In this document: positions 23,649-32,892 of the stretch, one piece after another
Numbering within the stretch: position 1 is the first letter of the stretch
How the letters are laid out: each line of letters begins with the position of its first letter
DNA from: Chloroflexia bacterium
GTDB taxonomy: Bacteria > Chloroflexota > Chloroflexia > QHBQ01 > JADMIH01
Length of the DNA stretch: 47,768 bases
Direction of reading: 5' to 3'
Assembly (NCBI GenBank): GCA_049580985.1
Contig: JBAURA010000444.1
Coordinates: forward strand, 1-47,768
Notes under the pieces: model-generated
Databases searched by the model: none
The model's input: only the letters and a program-made list of their open reading frames with translations
What the model was told of the DNA's origin: nothing
Translations under genes and position numbers: made by a program

Positions 23649-26480
23649 TTGAGCCACCAGGACTTCTTGGCATCACCACACTCTCCGGGTGGAGGATCTG
23701 ATACGAAATACTTGTTGGAGCAAGGCCTGCTCGACGCGCGCCCGGCGGATCTCGCCATAGCAGAGCTTCCTCTAGATCTCGAGAGCGGCCCGTATTGGGC
23801 AATAGCGCGGGAGGCCTGCGAGCAGGCGGGCGACGAATCCACCTGGAGCGTGGAACTAACCTTCGGAGCGGGTGGCGACTGGATCCGGGTCGCCCATGTT
23901 GCGGCGACCGTTCCGAGCCAGGGGTGGAAGCTGCACGTTTCGGCCACCCTCACTTCGGCGGAGGACGTGCTGCGGCATGCCCTCCCAGTGCTCTTGTCCG
24001 AACCGATCTCGTTCAAGCTGGCGTCTACCCCCGCCGCTCTGCTCAACCTGAACCAGGGTGGCGGGGGCATGAGCCAGATTGGCAAGTTCATCACCGTCTA
24101 CCCCGCCACAGATGACCAGGCCGTACGCCTCGCATCGTTACTTGATCAAGCTCTTGATGGTATGCTGGGTCCCGCTATACCGTCAGATCGCCCGCTGAGG
24201 ACAGGCAGCCTTGTGCACTATCGCTACGGCGGCTTCAACAGCACCTTCACCCAGTTACCGGTCGGCGAGATAGTGCCCACTATCAGCACCCCGGAAGGAA
24301 TCCTCACGCCCGACCGCCGTCTCACCCTGTATAAAGCACCCGAATGGGCAACGGATCCATTCGTGGAAGCAGAAATCGCGATAGATATTCCCAGGAAGCG
24401 ATGGATCGCAGGTCGCTATCTCATACTCAATACCGTGCACGCTTCGCCTCGCGGGGCCGTTTATCTCGCTCTCAACTTCGAAAACTCCCGATGTTGTGTG
24501 CTCAAGAGCGCGCCGCACCAGGCCGCGCAAGGGTTCGATGGGTATGGCGCTCAGGACCGTCTGCGTAATGAAGCACACATCCTCACACAACTCTCGCCTC
24601 ACCCGGCCTTCCCCGCCTTTTATGACCTGATCGAGCAGGATGGCGATCTTTACCTCGTGATGGAGGATATCGAAGGGGAGACGCTCATGAGGCACGTGGG
24701 GCGATTGGCGGCACAAGGAGTGCGCGTGCCCAACGAGCAAGTGATCGAGTGGGGGCGGCAGCTCGCAAGCATCCTCGGAGAGCTACACGAAAGAGGCTTA
24801 GCGTACAGAGACGTCAAGCCAACGAACGTGATCGTCACCGCCTTTGAGCGCCTGCGTCTGATCGACCTTGAGCTATGTTGCGCCCTGGACGGCAGTAGTA
24901 CCCATGGGGCGGGGATCGGTACGAGAGGATACATGTCCCGGCAACAGGCCTCAGGTGAGCAACCCGGCGTTCTGGATGATGTATACGGCCTGGGGGCTCT
25001 CCTCTACTTCCTGTCCACAGGCGCCGAACCCTCGACAGCGCCCGATGGCGTCAATCTGCTGGCGCGCCCAATCCAATGGCTGAATCCCCTTTGTGATCCC
25101 ACACTGGCGTCTGTAATACAGCGATGCCTCGATCCTGAGCCTGCCGGTAGATATAGCACGATGCAGGAACTCGACACGGCGCTTTCCACCATTCTGGAAA
25201 TCCGATCCAAAACTCCTCTCACCGTGGCTACAGAGGCTTCATTCGAGCCTGACCGCGAGGAGAAACTTGCTGAGCACTATCGAGACCTGGCGCGGCGTCT
25301 CGCCGATTCCATCTGCCGAGAAGCGGTAGTCGTGAAGAACGACACAGGGGAGGGCCTTACCTGGGCCACCAAACACCCAAGTGGCTATGGGATGCAACTG
25401 CGTGACCTGAACATAGGCGCAGGTGGGGTGGTGCTCGCCCTCGCTGAGTTGGTGGGGGAGTTAGGCGACCCCTGGCACCGAGAGGTATTGGAACAGGCTG
25501 CGCATCACCTTGCGCGCACGCAGCCGCTGGCGCGAACGCCCCTCCCAGGGCTTTACGTGGGCGAGGCGGGCGTCGGGGTAGCCCTATTACGCGCCGGACA
25601 GGTATTGGGGAGCAACCGGTTGGTCGAGGCCGCTGCCGCCAAGGGCCGCATGATCTCGGCGTTACCACATACTTCACAGGACCTGTTCAACGGCTCGGCA
25701 GGCCGCTTACGTTTTCATCTGTGGTTGCTACACGCCACAGGTGAGCGAGAGCACCTCGATAACGCGCTCCAGGCAGGCGAATACTTGCTAACCTCCGGCA
25801 CCGCGCCCGCGCCAGACGAGCTACTCTGGGAGATACCAGCGGGCTACGAGGGTCTCAGCGGCAACAGTTACCTCGGGTACGCGCACGGGGCGGCCGGGAT
25901 CGGGGACGCATTGCTAGATCTTTTCGATTGTACGGGCCAGCAGCGATTCCTGGAGGCGGCGGTGGCGGCGGGACGCTGGCTTGTGCGGCATGCGATACCC
26001 GCACTTGATGGAGACACGGGGTTAGCCTGGCCGAGCGTCCCTGGCGGGGCGGCATTTTCACCCTTCTGGTGCCACGGCGCCACCGGGGTCGGGCGCTTCT
26101 TTCTTCACCTGGTTAGCCTCGATGCTCTTCCAGGAGCAGATGCGGTCCTGGAACGAGCATCTCGGAGCGCGGCATGGGGGGCTACATGGGCGGGTCCAAC
26201 GCTATGCCACGGGCTGGCAGGCAATATTGAATTACTGGTCGATGTATACGTTGCCACAGGCAGCAAGAGATTTTTGAAAGACGCGCATGAGTTGGCTCGT
26301 TTACTCGAAACCATGGGCAGAGAGCACAATGGGATGCTCCAATGGCCTTCCGACTCCAGCAGCGTGATCACGCCCGACTATATGGTGGGATACTCTGGGG
26401 TGGCGGCCTGCCTTCTAAGGCTGAGCGCGCCTGACCGCTTGCCCCATCTATTAAGCTATCGCCGATTCTCAACTCAATAG
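23649..26480 (+). CDS. Class IV lanthipeptide synthetase (LanL-type), second copy
   Basis: 943 aa with a TTG start, tightly coupled to precursor 3.
- Lyase motif: QGWKLHVSAT.
- Kinase motifs: LAYRDVKPTNVIV, LIDLELC, GTRGYMSRQ.
- LanC motifs: GYAHGAAGIGDAL, FWCHGATGVG, LCHGLAGNIELL.
The distance from the N-terminus to the GWKLHVS motif matches copy 1. Confidence 0.9.
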   Translation: MSHQDFLASPHSPGGGSDTKYLLEQGLLDARPADLAIAELPLDLESGPYWAIAREACEQAGDESTWSVELTFGAGGDWIRVAHVAATVPSQGWKLHVSATLTSAEDVLRHALPVLLSEPISFKLASTPAALLNLNQGGGGMSQIGKFITVYPATDDQAVRLASLLDQALDGMLGPAIPSDRPLRTGSLVHYRYGGFNSTFTQLPVGEIVPTISTPEGILTPDRRLTLYKAPEWATDPFVEAEIAIDIPRKRWIAGRYLILNTVHASPRGAVYLALNFENSRCCVLKSAPHQAAQGFDGYGAQDRLRNEAHILTQLSPHPAFPAFYDLIEQDGDLYLVMEDIEGETLMRHVGRLAAQGVRVPNEQVIEWGRQLASILGELHERGLAYRDVKPTNVIVTAFERLRLIDLELCCALDGSSTHGAGIGTRGYMSRQQASGEQPGVLDDVYGLGALLYFLSTGAEPSTAPDGVNLLARPIQWLNPLCDPTLASVIQRCLDPEPAGRYSTMQELDTALSTILEIRSKTPLTVATEASFEPDREEKLAEHYRDLARRLADSICREAVVVKNDTGEGLTWATKHPSGYGMQLRDLNIGAGGVVLALAELVGELGDPWHREVLEQAAHHLARTQPLARTPLPGLYVGEAGVGVALLRAGQVLGSNRLVEAAAAKGRMISALPHTSQDLFNGSAGRLRFHLWLLHATGEREHLDNALQAGEYLLTSGTAPAPDELLWEIPAGYEGLSGNSYLGYAHGAAGIGDALLDLFDCTGQQRFLEAAVAAGRWLVRHAIPALDGDTGLAWPSVPGGAAFSPFWCHGATGVGRFFLHLVSLDALPGADAVLERASRSAAWGATWAGPTLCHGLAGNIELLVDVYVATGSKRFLKDAHELARLLETMGREHNGMLQWPSDSSSVITPDYMVGYSGVAACLLRLSAPDRLPHLLSYRRFSTQ

Positions 26481-26568
26481 ACCGTACATATCCATGCCCT
26501 CGACAGCAGAGTTAAAGGTTGGGAGCCATTTGGACGCCTAATGATCGCGCCATGTATGAGGTGGTATA

Positions 26569-26697
26569 GTGGCTGCTCGGGACCAACTGGATGAAGAGGC
26601 ATTCGGAAGAGCATTTGCGGAGGGACGTGCCTTGAGCATAGCTCAGGGTTTGGCTTGCGCTATGGACTCAGAACGCCTACTTGCTCCCATGAGCTGA
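26569..26697 (+). pseudogene. Remnant of the C-terminal end of a STAND/TPR-type regulator
   Basis: Translates as VAARDQLDEEAFGRAFAEGRALSIAQGLACAMDSERLLAPMS*. This resembles the C-terminal tails of the intact regulators in this window (for example LDDDHFTMAWNVGRAMSADEAITFAL). No upstream coding continuation is visible. Confidence 0.35.
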
Positions 26698-26933
26698 TTT
26701 ACGAATGGTCTTTAACACATAGATGACAGCCAACCTGACAGGCAGCGTCAGAATTGGGAGTACACGGCCTGACTCAGAAGTACCCAAGCGCTCCAGCCTA
26801 ACCTCCGGCCAAACCCTGGCTAGAGTTATGCCGCTATCAGCCAGAATTGCAGGGCATCAAATTGCTGCTGGAATATACAGCGTTGTTCGGCTAACGGTAT
26901 CGTTTCTTTCGGCGTGGGGCAAAACGAGTTTCC

Positions 26934-26977
26934 AATCAGTATGAGCCGTCCAAGCGCTTGGACGGCTCATACTGATT
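26934..26977. terminator. 44-bp perfect palindrome (bidirectional terminator hairpin) downstream of the SLH-protein gene
   Basis: AATCAGTATGAGCCGTCCAAGC | GCTTGGACGGCTCATACTGATT. It lies 46 nt beyond the stop of the minus-strand gene that ends at 27023. Confidence 0.7.
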
Positions 26978-27022
26978 CTCTATTCTATCAGTCTGGCTTT
27001 TGCCTCTTCACCATTATCGATC

Positions 27023-29020
27023 TCATCGAATCTGGCAATTGGGGAAGAACGTATTGGCGACGATCTTGGCCGACTGCCCTCTGGTAACATAGGCATTGGA
27101 CCTGAAGTACGGGCGATTCTGTGGCGGTACGCACTCCTCTCCAGGACCTCCACACGGATAGCCACCTATCGCGCCGCTACTTGCGAGGCCCTCTACCCAT
27201 GTCCAGAAGGTGGAGCCCGGAGGCACATCCTCGAACGTATGCTGCTCGCTCGGCGGCACGGGTAGATTAGCTGCGATAGCTGCGATCTTAGAGGTCTGAA
27301 CCCTTGTTACATAGGCATTGGGCCGGAAGTACGGGCGATTCTGTGGCGGTACGCACTCCTCTCCCGGCGCGCCGCAAGGATAACCGCTGATGATGTTCCG
27401 TGAGGATAGGCGCTCTACAAACTGGTGGAAAGTGGAGCCTGGAGGCACATCCTGGAACGTCTGGTTCGCATGGCTCTCTGAGTAACCTGCGGCATTGGAG
27501 ACGATCTTTGATAATTGGCCACGTGTCACCTGGTTGTTCGGCCTGAAGGTGCCGTCTGTGTAGCCCGATATGATGCTTCGGCACGCCAGGCACATCACAA
27601 ACGGGTGGAATGTGCTTCCCGAAGGTACATCGCTGAAATGGAGGACGCACGCTTCACTGACGCGGTCGCGAAGGAATACGTCGCGGGTATCGTTGTTATC
27701 GCCCGGCACCAGATTACTGGCATAAGAGCCAAAGACCACGTACCGCCCATCTGAACTGACCTGGGGCTTATGGCTGTAGCCGAGGCCTGGTTGGCCGCTA
27801 GATGTGAGGCTGATCTGCTCGGTTGTGTTCGCCTGTAAATCGCGCGAGTAAATGTCGGTCACGATATTGGGGTCGGTGGGCGCGAGGCGTGCGTTCGACT
27901 GGAAAACTACATAGCGCCCGTTCCCGCTGATGTTGGGGTCGGTGCTGTGACCTGTGCCCTGGACACCCGCAGAGTCGACGCTAACACGCATGGTGCTGTC
28001 CGTCAAGTCTCGCACGAAGATATCAAGGCTATCATTGGTATCATTGACAACCAGGTTGGAAGCGAGAGACTCAAATGCCACATAGCGACCATCGTCACTC
28101 ACCGAGGCTTCAACGCTGCGGTTGTTACCCTGGACACCTCCAGAACCGGTACTCGCAAGCACGATGGTGTTCTCAGTACGATCGCGTACAAACACATCAA
28201 AGTTCATATTGCCGTCGCCGGGGACCAGGTTGTCCGCTAATGAGTGGAAGGCGACGTAGCGGCCATCAAAGCTGATGTATGGGTCAAAAGAATGGTTGCT
28301 GCCCACCTGATTAAGAGCATTCTTGCTGATAAGCTCGAATCCGCCCGACACCAGGTCGGTCACATAGACGTCCCGCGCACCCTGCGTGTCCTCCGGGACC
28401 AGGGAGGCATAGGTATGAAACACCACGAAGCGCCCATTTCCACTGATGAACGGGGCCTCGGTACCGAAGCTATCCTGCCCGATGATACTGTTCTGGCCCG
28501 TCAGCCTGTTATAAACGAACGCGTCGGCACTGCCATCGCCATCCCCCTGCACGATGTTTTCAGCATCCGACAGATAGGCGATGTAATTTCCATCGGCGCT
28601 GATACTCGGATCGAGGCTCAGGCCATTTGCGGGGCTACCATCATACCCACGGCTGATAAGCGTGGTTGTGCCCTCTTGCCGGTCGCGTAGGAATACATCG
28701 GGGTGGCCGTTAGTGTCCCCCGGTACCAGGTTGGACGCGAACGAGTAGAAGGCGACGAACCGCCCATCGGCACTCACTCCCGTGCGTATCCCCTCGATGC
28801 CACTTGCATTATTACCCTGGGCCTCATTGTCGGCCAGGCTCACCATCTCGGTGACGGCTAACGGCACAGTAGGGACGCTTCCACCTGAAGACCCCTTGCT
28901 CTCTTGAGCCGGTTGCTCCGCACCTACAGGGGTCAGAAGCAAGCCAAACATAGCGAGGCCGCTCGCTGCGGCTACCAGAGCCTGTCGGATTCGCCCTCTC
29001 TTGATATGTGATGAAAACAA
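27023..29020 (-). CDS. Secreted beta-propeller (TolB/PD40-like repeats) protein with three C-terminal SLH domains
   Basis: 665 aa with a TTG start. AGGAG lies 7 nt upstream. The signal peptide is RQALVAAASGLAMFGLLLTPVGA. There are about nine repeats of the type DGRFVAFYSFASNLVPGDTNGHPDVFLRD. The C-terminal SLH units read FSDVPSGSTFHPFVMCLACRSIISGYTDGTFRPNNQVTRGQLSKIV and two similar copies. Confidence 0.85.
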   Translation of the reverse strand: MFSSHIKRGRIRQALVAAASGLAMFGLLLTPVGAEQPAQESKGSSGGSVPTVPLAVTEMVSLADNEAQGNNASGIEGIRTGVSADGRFVAFYSFASNLVPGDTNGHPDVFLRDRQEGTTTLISRGYDGSPANGLSLDPSISADGNYIAYLSDAENIVQGDGDGSADAFVYNRLTGQNSIIGQDSFGTEAPFISGNGRFVVFHTYASLVPEDTQGARDVYVTDLVSGGFELISKNALNQVGSNHSFDPYISFDGRYVAFHSLADNLVPGDGNMNFDVFVRDRTENTIVLASTGSGGVQGNNRSVEASVSDDGRYVAFESLASNLVVNDTNDSLDIFVRDLTDSTMRVSVDSAGVQGTGHSTDPNISGNGRYVVFQSNARLAPTDPNIVTDIYSRDLQANTTEQISLTSSGQPGLGYSHKPQVSSDGRYVVFGSYASNLVPGDNNDTRDVFLRDRVSEACVLHFSDVPSGSTFHPFVMCLACRSIISGYTDGTFRPNNQVTRGQLSKIVSNAAGYSESHANQTFQDVPPGSTFHQFVERLSSRNIISGYPCGAPGEECVPPQNRPYFRPNAYVTRVQTSKIAAIAANLPVPPSEQHTFEDVPPGSTFWTWVEGLASSGAIGGYPCGGPGEECVPPQNRPYFRSNAYVTRGQSAKIVANTFFPNCQIR

Positions 29021-29098
29021 CTCTTTACTCCTTTCCTTCTACTTGACTAATCACCGTTGGTGCATGGTAATTTGGCCCTCGCACTTGCGTCTGCTACG

Positions 29099-29317
29099 CT
29101 AGTAGCCATGGGCCTCTTTGGCTTGCCCTCTCTCCTCACCACCCGAAAGCTTCAGTAGCACGTCCACGATCTGTGGACATGCCTGGAAGGTGTGTGTCTC
29201 ACCACTGAAGACGTGCTGAATTCGAGCGCTCCACTCGCCCTGAAGATTGTTCTCGTCTTCACTCCAGAGCCGAAGCAGATACAGGTGCGAGCGGCTTTGC
29301 TCTTTGTTTACTTCCAT
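29099..29317 (-). CDS. Small hypothetical protein (LYLLRLW-type)
   Basis: 72-aa ORF, MEVNKEQSRSHLYLLRLWSEDENNLQGEWSARIQHVFSGETHTFQACPQIVDVLLKL. It is divergent from the XRE-STAND regulator. Coding status rests only on ORF length and a protein-like composition. Confidence 0.45.
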   Translation of the reverse strand: MEVNKEQSRSHLYLLRLWSEDENNLQGEWSARIQHVFSGETHTFQACPQIVDVLLKLSGGEERGQAKEAHGY

Positions 29318-29378
29318 CTATACATCCTTCCTTACCCTCCCTTACTCTCAGCTGACATACGCGCATGGTTGCCTGCCC

Positions 29379-29407
29379 TTACATTAAATCCGAAGATTGG
29401 CTATAAT
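29379..29407 (+). promoter_or_regulatory. Sigma70-like promoter for the XRE-STAND regulator gene
   Basis: TTACAT (29379-29384), a 17-nt spacer, then TATAAT (29402-29407). It lies ~90 nt upstream of the ATG at 29496. Confidence 0.5.
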
Positions 29408-29495
29408 GGCCCACACAATAACCCTCACAGAATCCGGCGCTTTTTGCAGACCTGCTCAAGCACTCCATTACCACAAGCTAGAAAGCTGAGCACTC

Positions 29496-32123
29496 ATGAA
29501 CGGCGGCACCTTACCTTTTGGACAGTGGCTCAAGCAGCGCCGTAAAACGCTCGATCTCACCCAGGAAGACCTTGCCCAGCGCGTAGATTGTTCGCTCTCT
29601 TCGATAGAGAAGATCGAGTCGGGCGAGCGACGACCTTCCCGGCAAGTGGCCGATTTGCTGGCCGAGTGCCTCGGGATACCACCCGGTGAGCGTGTTGCCT
29701 TCGCACGCTTCGCCAGATCAGAACCTCGACAAGATGTAACCACTCAGCCGGGTGAGATTGCAACAGCCTCGCCCTGGCGTGTGGCTCACCGCGAGCGCAC
29801 CAATCTGCCCCTTCCTCTCACTTCTCTGGTAGGACGCAATCGCCAGGTGGAAGAGGTCAAGAACCTCCTCATGCGCGAACGAACGCGCCTTGTCACCCTT
29901 ACAGGGGCACCCGGCATCGGCAAGTCCCGCCTCTCCCTGGAAGCAGCCGCCGAAATGGCAGGCGAGTTCGAGGACGGGGTCTTCTTCGTGCCGTTGGCTT
30001 CCATAAACGACCCGGGCCTCGTACTGCCCGCGATCGCGCGCGTTATGCATATACCGGAGGCTGCCAGCGCCTCTCTGGCTGACAGCGTAAAGAAGTACCT
30101 GGGAGACAAATCCGCGCTGCTGGTCCTCGACAACTTCGAGCAGGTGATAGATGCGGCGGCGAGCGTGGTCGACCTCCTGAACTCCAGCCCCTGGCTCAAG
30201 GTAATTGTGACCAGCCGGGAACCTCTGCGCGTGCGCGGCGAGCGCCGTTATATCGTTCCACCCCTCGATGTGCCCAACCTGGCGCAATTGCCCGGTACCA
30301 CGGCTTTACTTGAATGCTCATCCGTCGCCCTCTTCGTGGAGCGCGCCCAGGAGACTAACCCCGATTTCGAGCTTACCGATGAAAGTGGGAAAGTTGTGGC
30401 TGCCCTGTGCTCCCGCCTGGATGGATTACCCCTGGCGATAGAACTGGTCGCCACCAGCCAAAACGTCTTCTCCCCTGAAACCCTGCTCAAGGGGCTGGAG
30501 GACCGGCTTACCATGCAGAGCGAGCTGCAAGATGTGCCCTCCAGACACCAGACGCTGCGCGACGCAACCCGTTGGAGTTACGACCTCCTTGATTCCGGAG
30601 AACAAAAACTGTTCGTCAGACTCGGCGTATTCGCTGGGGGCTGCACGCGCTCCGCCGCCGAGGCGGTGTGCAACGCTCAGGGCGATTTACCTCTAAAGGT
30701 AAGCAAGGGTCTAACTTCCCTGGTCACGAAGAGCTTGTTGAATGAGCAACACCCAGAACCCGAAGAGAGGCAAAGCGCGCAACAAGACGAGCCACGATAT
30801 ACGATGCTGCAGACCATCCACGAATTCGCCCTGGAGCGTTTACATGAGATCGGCGAATCGGGCACCATCTGCCGGCTGCACGCCGAATATTACCTGGCGC
30901 TGGCCGAAGCTGCAGAGTCGGAGTTGGACGGACCACAGCAAGCAGAGCTAATGGGCTGGCTCGAGAACGAGCACGATAACCTTCGGGCCGTGCTTGATTG
31001 GGCACTTGCCAGTGGTGAAGGCCATCTAGCCCTGCAGCTAAGCGGGGCCCTGGCGCGGTTCTGGAGCGCACTGGGCTATCTGAGCGAGGGCCGCACATGG
31101 CTGGAGATGGCTTTAGCCGAACCAGGCAGCCGCAAGTCGCCACACCGTGCTAAAGCTCTGGTCGGCGCGGGCATACTGGCGTCCAGGCAGGGCGACTATA
31201 AGCAGGCCAGGGCCTTCTACGAAGAGGCCCTGGCTATCTACCGGGCGAAAGAGGATAAGATGGGCAGGGCACTAGTGCTAAGCAGGTTGGGTGCTGTGGC
31301 CAACGAGCAAGGAGACCTGGATCGGGCGGACGTTTTCTATCAAGAGGGTCTTACCCTCTCCCGTGAGCTCGGCAACAAAGCCGGCATAGCTGGCATCCTG
31401 AACAACCTGGGCAATCAGGAGGTAATACGAGGCAACGTAGATCAGGCAGGCGCGTACTATCTCGACAGTTTGCAGATGGCACGCGACCTGGGCAACAAGC
31501 AAAAAGCCAGCACGGCGCTCCTCAATCTGGGGAGGCTGGCCTTTAGCTATCAAGGAGATTATGAGCTCGCTGCCTCCTATCTCGAGGAGTGCTTGAGTCT
31601 GTGCCGCGAGCTTGGCAGTAAAGGCGGCATCGCGGCAACGCTATACCAGTTCGGGCTAGCTATGTTTTACCAGCGGAGTTACTCTCGGGCTCAGGCGTTC
31701 TTCGAGGAAAGTCTGCAGTTGTGCGAGGAGTTGAGAGAAAAGCCGGGAATTGCAGCCACACGCCTGGGTCTAGGACGCACCATCTTGCTACAGGGGGGTT
31801 ACAAGCAGGCAAAGGCCTTGTTGATCGAGAGTCTGACTTTATACCAGGAGCAAGGTATAAAAGGCGGCGTGCTAGAGTGCCTTGAAGGGTTGGCAGGTTT
31901 AGCCGCAGTGGAAGGGGGAGCTACGGACGCTGCTCGCCTGTTAGGAGTTGTGGAGGCTCTGCGAGAGGATTCTGGTCTGCGGATGTCGGTAGTCCACGGC
32001 ACGCTCTTCGCCCACTGGATGGAGCAAGCTCGTGCCCGGCTCGATGATGACCACTTTACAATGGCCTGGAATGTGGGGCGCGCTATGAGTGCAGACGAGG
32101 CGATCACATTCGCCTTGCGTTAG
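29496..32123 (+). CDS. XRE-family HTH + STAND (NB-ARC-like) ATPase + TPR regulator
   Basis: 875 aa.
- HTH: FGQWLKQRRKTLDLTQEDLAQRVDCSLSSIEKIESGERRPS.
- Walker A: LTGAPGIGKSRLS.
- Walker B-like: LLVLDNFEQV.
- STAND core: LDGLPLAIELVA.
- Multiple TPR units: LNNLGNQEVIRGNVDQAGAYYLDSLQMARDLGN and similar. Confidence 0.88.
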   Translation: MNGGTLPFGQWLKQRRKTLDLTQEDLAQRVDCSLSSIEKIESGERRPSRQVADLLAECLGIPPGERVAFARFARSEPRQDVTTQPGEIATASPWRVAHRERTNLPLPLTSLVGRNRQVEEVKNLLMRERTRLVTLTGAPGIGKSRLSLEAAAEMAGEFEDGVFFVPLASINDPGLVLPAIARVMHIPEAASASLADSVKKYLGDKSALLVLDNFEQVIDAAASVVDLLNSSPWLKVIVTSREPLRVRGERRYIVPPLDVPNLAQLPGTTALLECSSVALFVERAQETNPDFELTDESGKVVAALCSRLDGLPLAIELVATSQNVFSPETLLKGLEDRLTMQSELQDVPSRHQTLRDATRWSYDLLDSGEQKLFVRLGVFAGGCTRSAAEAVCNAQGDLPLKVSKGLTSLVTKSLLNEQHPEPEERQSAQQDEPRYTMLQTIHEFALERLHEIGESGTICRLHAEYYLALAEAAESELDGPQQAELMGWLENEHDNLRAVLDWALASGEGHLALQLSGALARFWSALGYLSEGRTWLEMALAEPGSRKSPHRAKALVGAGILASRQGDYKQARAFYEEALAIYRAKEDKMGRALVLSRLGAVANEQGDLDRADVFYQEGLTLSRELGNKAGIAGILNNLGNQEVIRGNVDQAGAYYLDSLQMARDLGNKQKASTALLNLGRLAFSYQGDYELAASYLEECLSLCRELGSKGGIAATLYQFGLAMFYQRSYSRAQAFFEESLQLCEELREKPGIAATRLGLGRTILLQGGYKQAKALLIESLTLYQEQGIKGGVLECLEGLAGLAAVEGGATDAARLLGVVEALREDSGLRMSVVHGTLFAHWMEQARARLDDDHFTMAWNVGRAMSADEAITFALR

Positions 32124-32361
32124 AATCAACTCGCGCATTATCGAGTCAGAGTTTGGCACATTTTGGCACGAAGTACACGGCGAAGGACGGTGTTCGACGG
32201 CGAAAGATGGCGTTCCGAGCGTACTATCAGACGTCAAGCGGCTATGAACGGCGATAGACGGTTGCCAAACGCATAATCCCACCTTCGGCACAATCAGCAG
32301 GGTTCATGTGTTATAATTGCGGCGGGTTTGCTCACCGATCAGCAAGTCGCAATGCTTCTTG

Positions 32362-32518
32362 ACAGCCAAGGCGTTGGACAATCCTAGAAGTCTATGGACG
32401 AAAGTTGTCGAATAGAGTCGCATTTACGTACGCAACGGACGTCTTTGGACACCCCTGGAGAGTGATCTCGCCAACTCTGGATCAGTAAGTTGAGGTTCGG
32501 ATCCTTGCGCCCCAGCCA
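32362..32518 (+). repeat. Noncoding element copy 1 with a tRNA-like 3' end (paralog of 46019-46175)
   Basis: It ends in TGAGGTTCGGATCCTTGCGCCCCAGCCA, a T-arm-like GGTTCGnATCC plus a terminal CCA. By manual alignment, 32471-32541 matches 46128-46198 at 64 of 71 positions. Weaker similarity extends ~110 nt upstream (ACAGCCAAgGCGTTGGACAA...). It is followed directly by a strong terminator hairpin. Confidence 0.5.
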
Positions 32519-32533
32519 ATAAGTTACGCACGA

Positions 32534-32567
32534 AAATGGCCTGGTGCAAATCTGCACCAGGCCATTT
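32534..32567 (+). terminator. Intrinsic terminator hairpin after element copy 1
   Basis: AAATGGCCTGGTGCA (32534-32548), an AATC loop, then TGCACCAGGCCATTT (32553-32567). This is a 15-bp perfect stem whose 3' arm ends in TTT. Confidence 0.65.
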
Positions 32568-32892
32568 GCTCAATGAGTCTAGCCAATAATGTAGGCTAAT
32601 GTCTATCAGTGGCTCTATTGTGAGAAGTAGAGCTGGCCCAAACATGAGCGCGCCGACGTGGGACATGCAGGAAATGTAGTAACAACTGCTTTGGGGTAGG
32701 AAGGAGTTGTGCTCCACGTGATCACGCGTGGAGGAGTTGCATGCTGGGCACGTAGCGCCTTGCGGGAGAAGCGTTTATCTGAAACGGCATCTCGCTTTCG
32801 GCTGAGCATGAACTCCAGGATGTTACCCTGTGGACTATATCAGGGTAAGCCCACAATTCGATAACCGTGAACGAGGCTAGACGAGGCTCAGC

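Noticed and set aside
26723-26944. 73-aa + strand ORF between LanL2 and the SLH gene
   Set aside because: It has no RBS or motifs and runs into the terminator palindrome. The composition is unremarkable and it is probably non-coding.
32185-32518. Copy 1 region as an intact tmRNA (ssrA)
   Set aside because: GGTGTTCGACGG at ~32189 resembles the tmRNA 5' GGATTCGACGG box, and the span to the CCA end (~330 nt) is tmRNA-sized. Against this:
- I could not pair any 5' heptamer with the 3' acceptor strand.
- The T-loop is non-canonical (TTCGGAT).
- No short tag ORF ending in Ala-Ala-stop is evident.
It needs ARAGORN/Infernal analysis and is not called.
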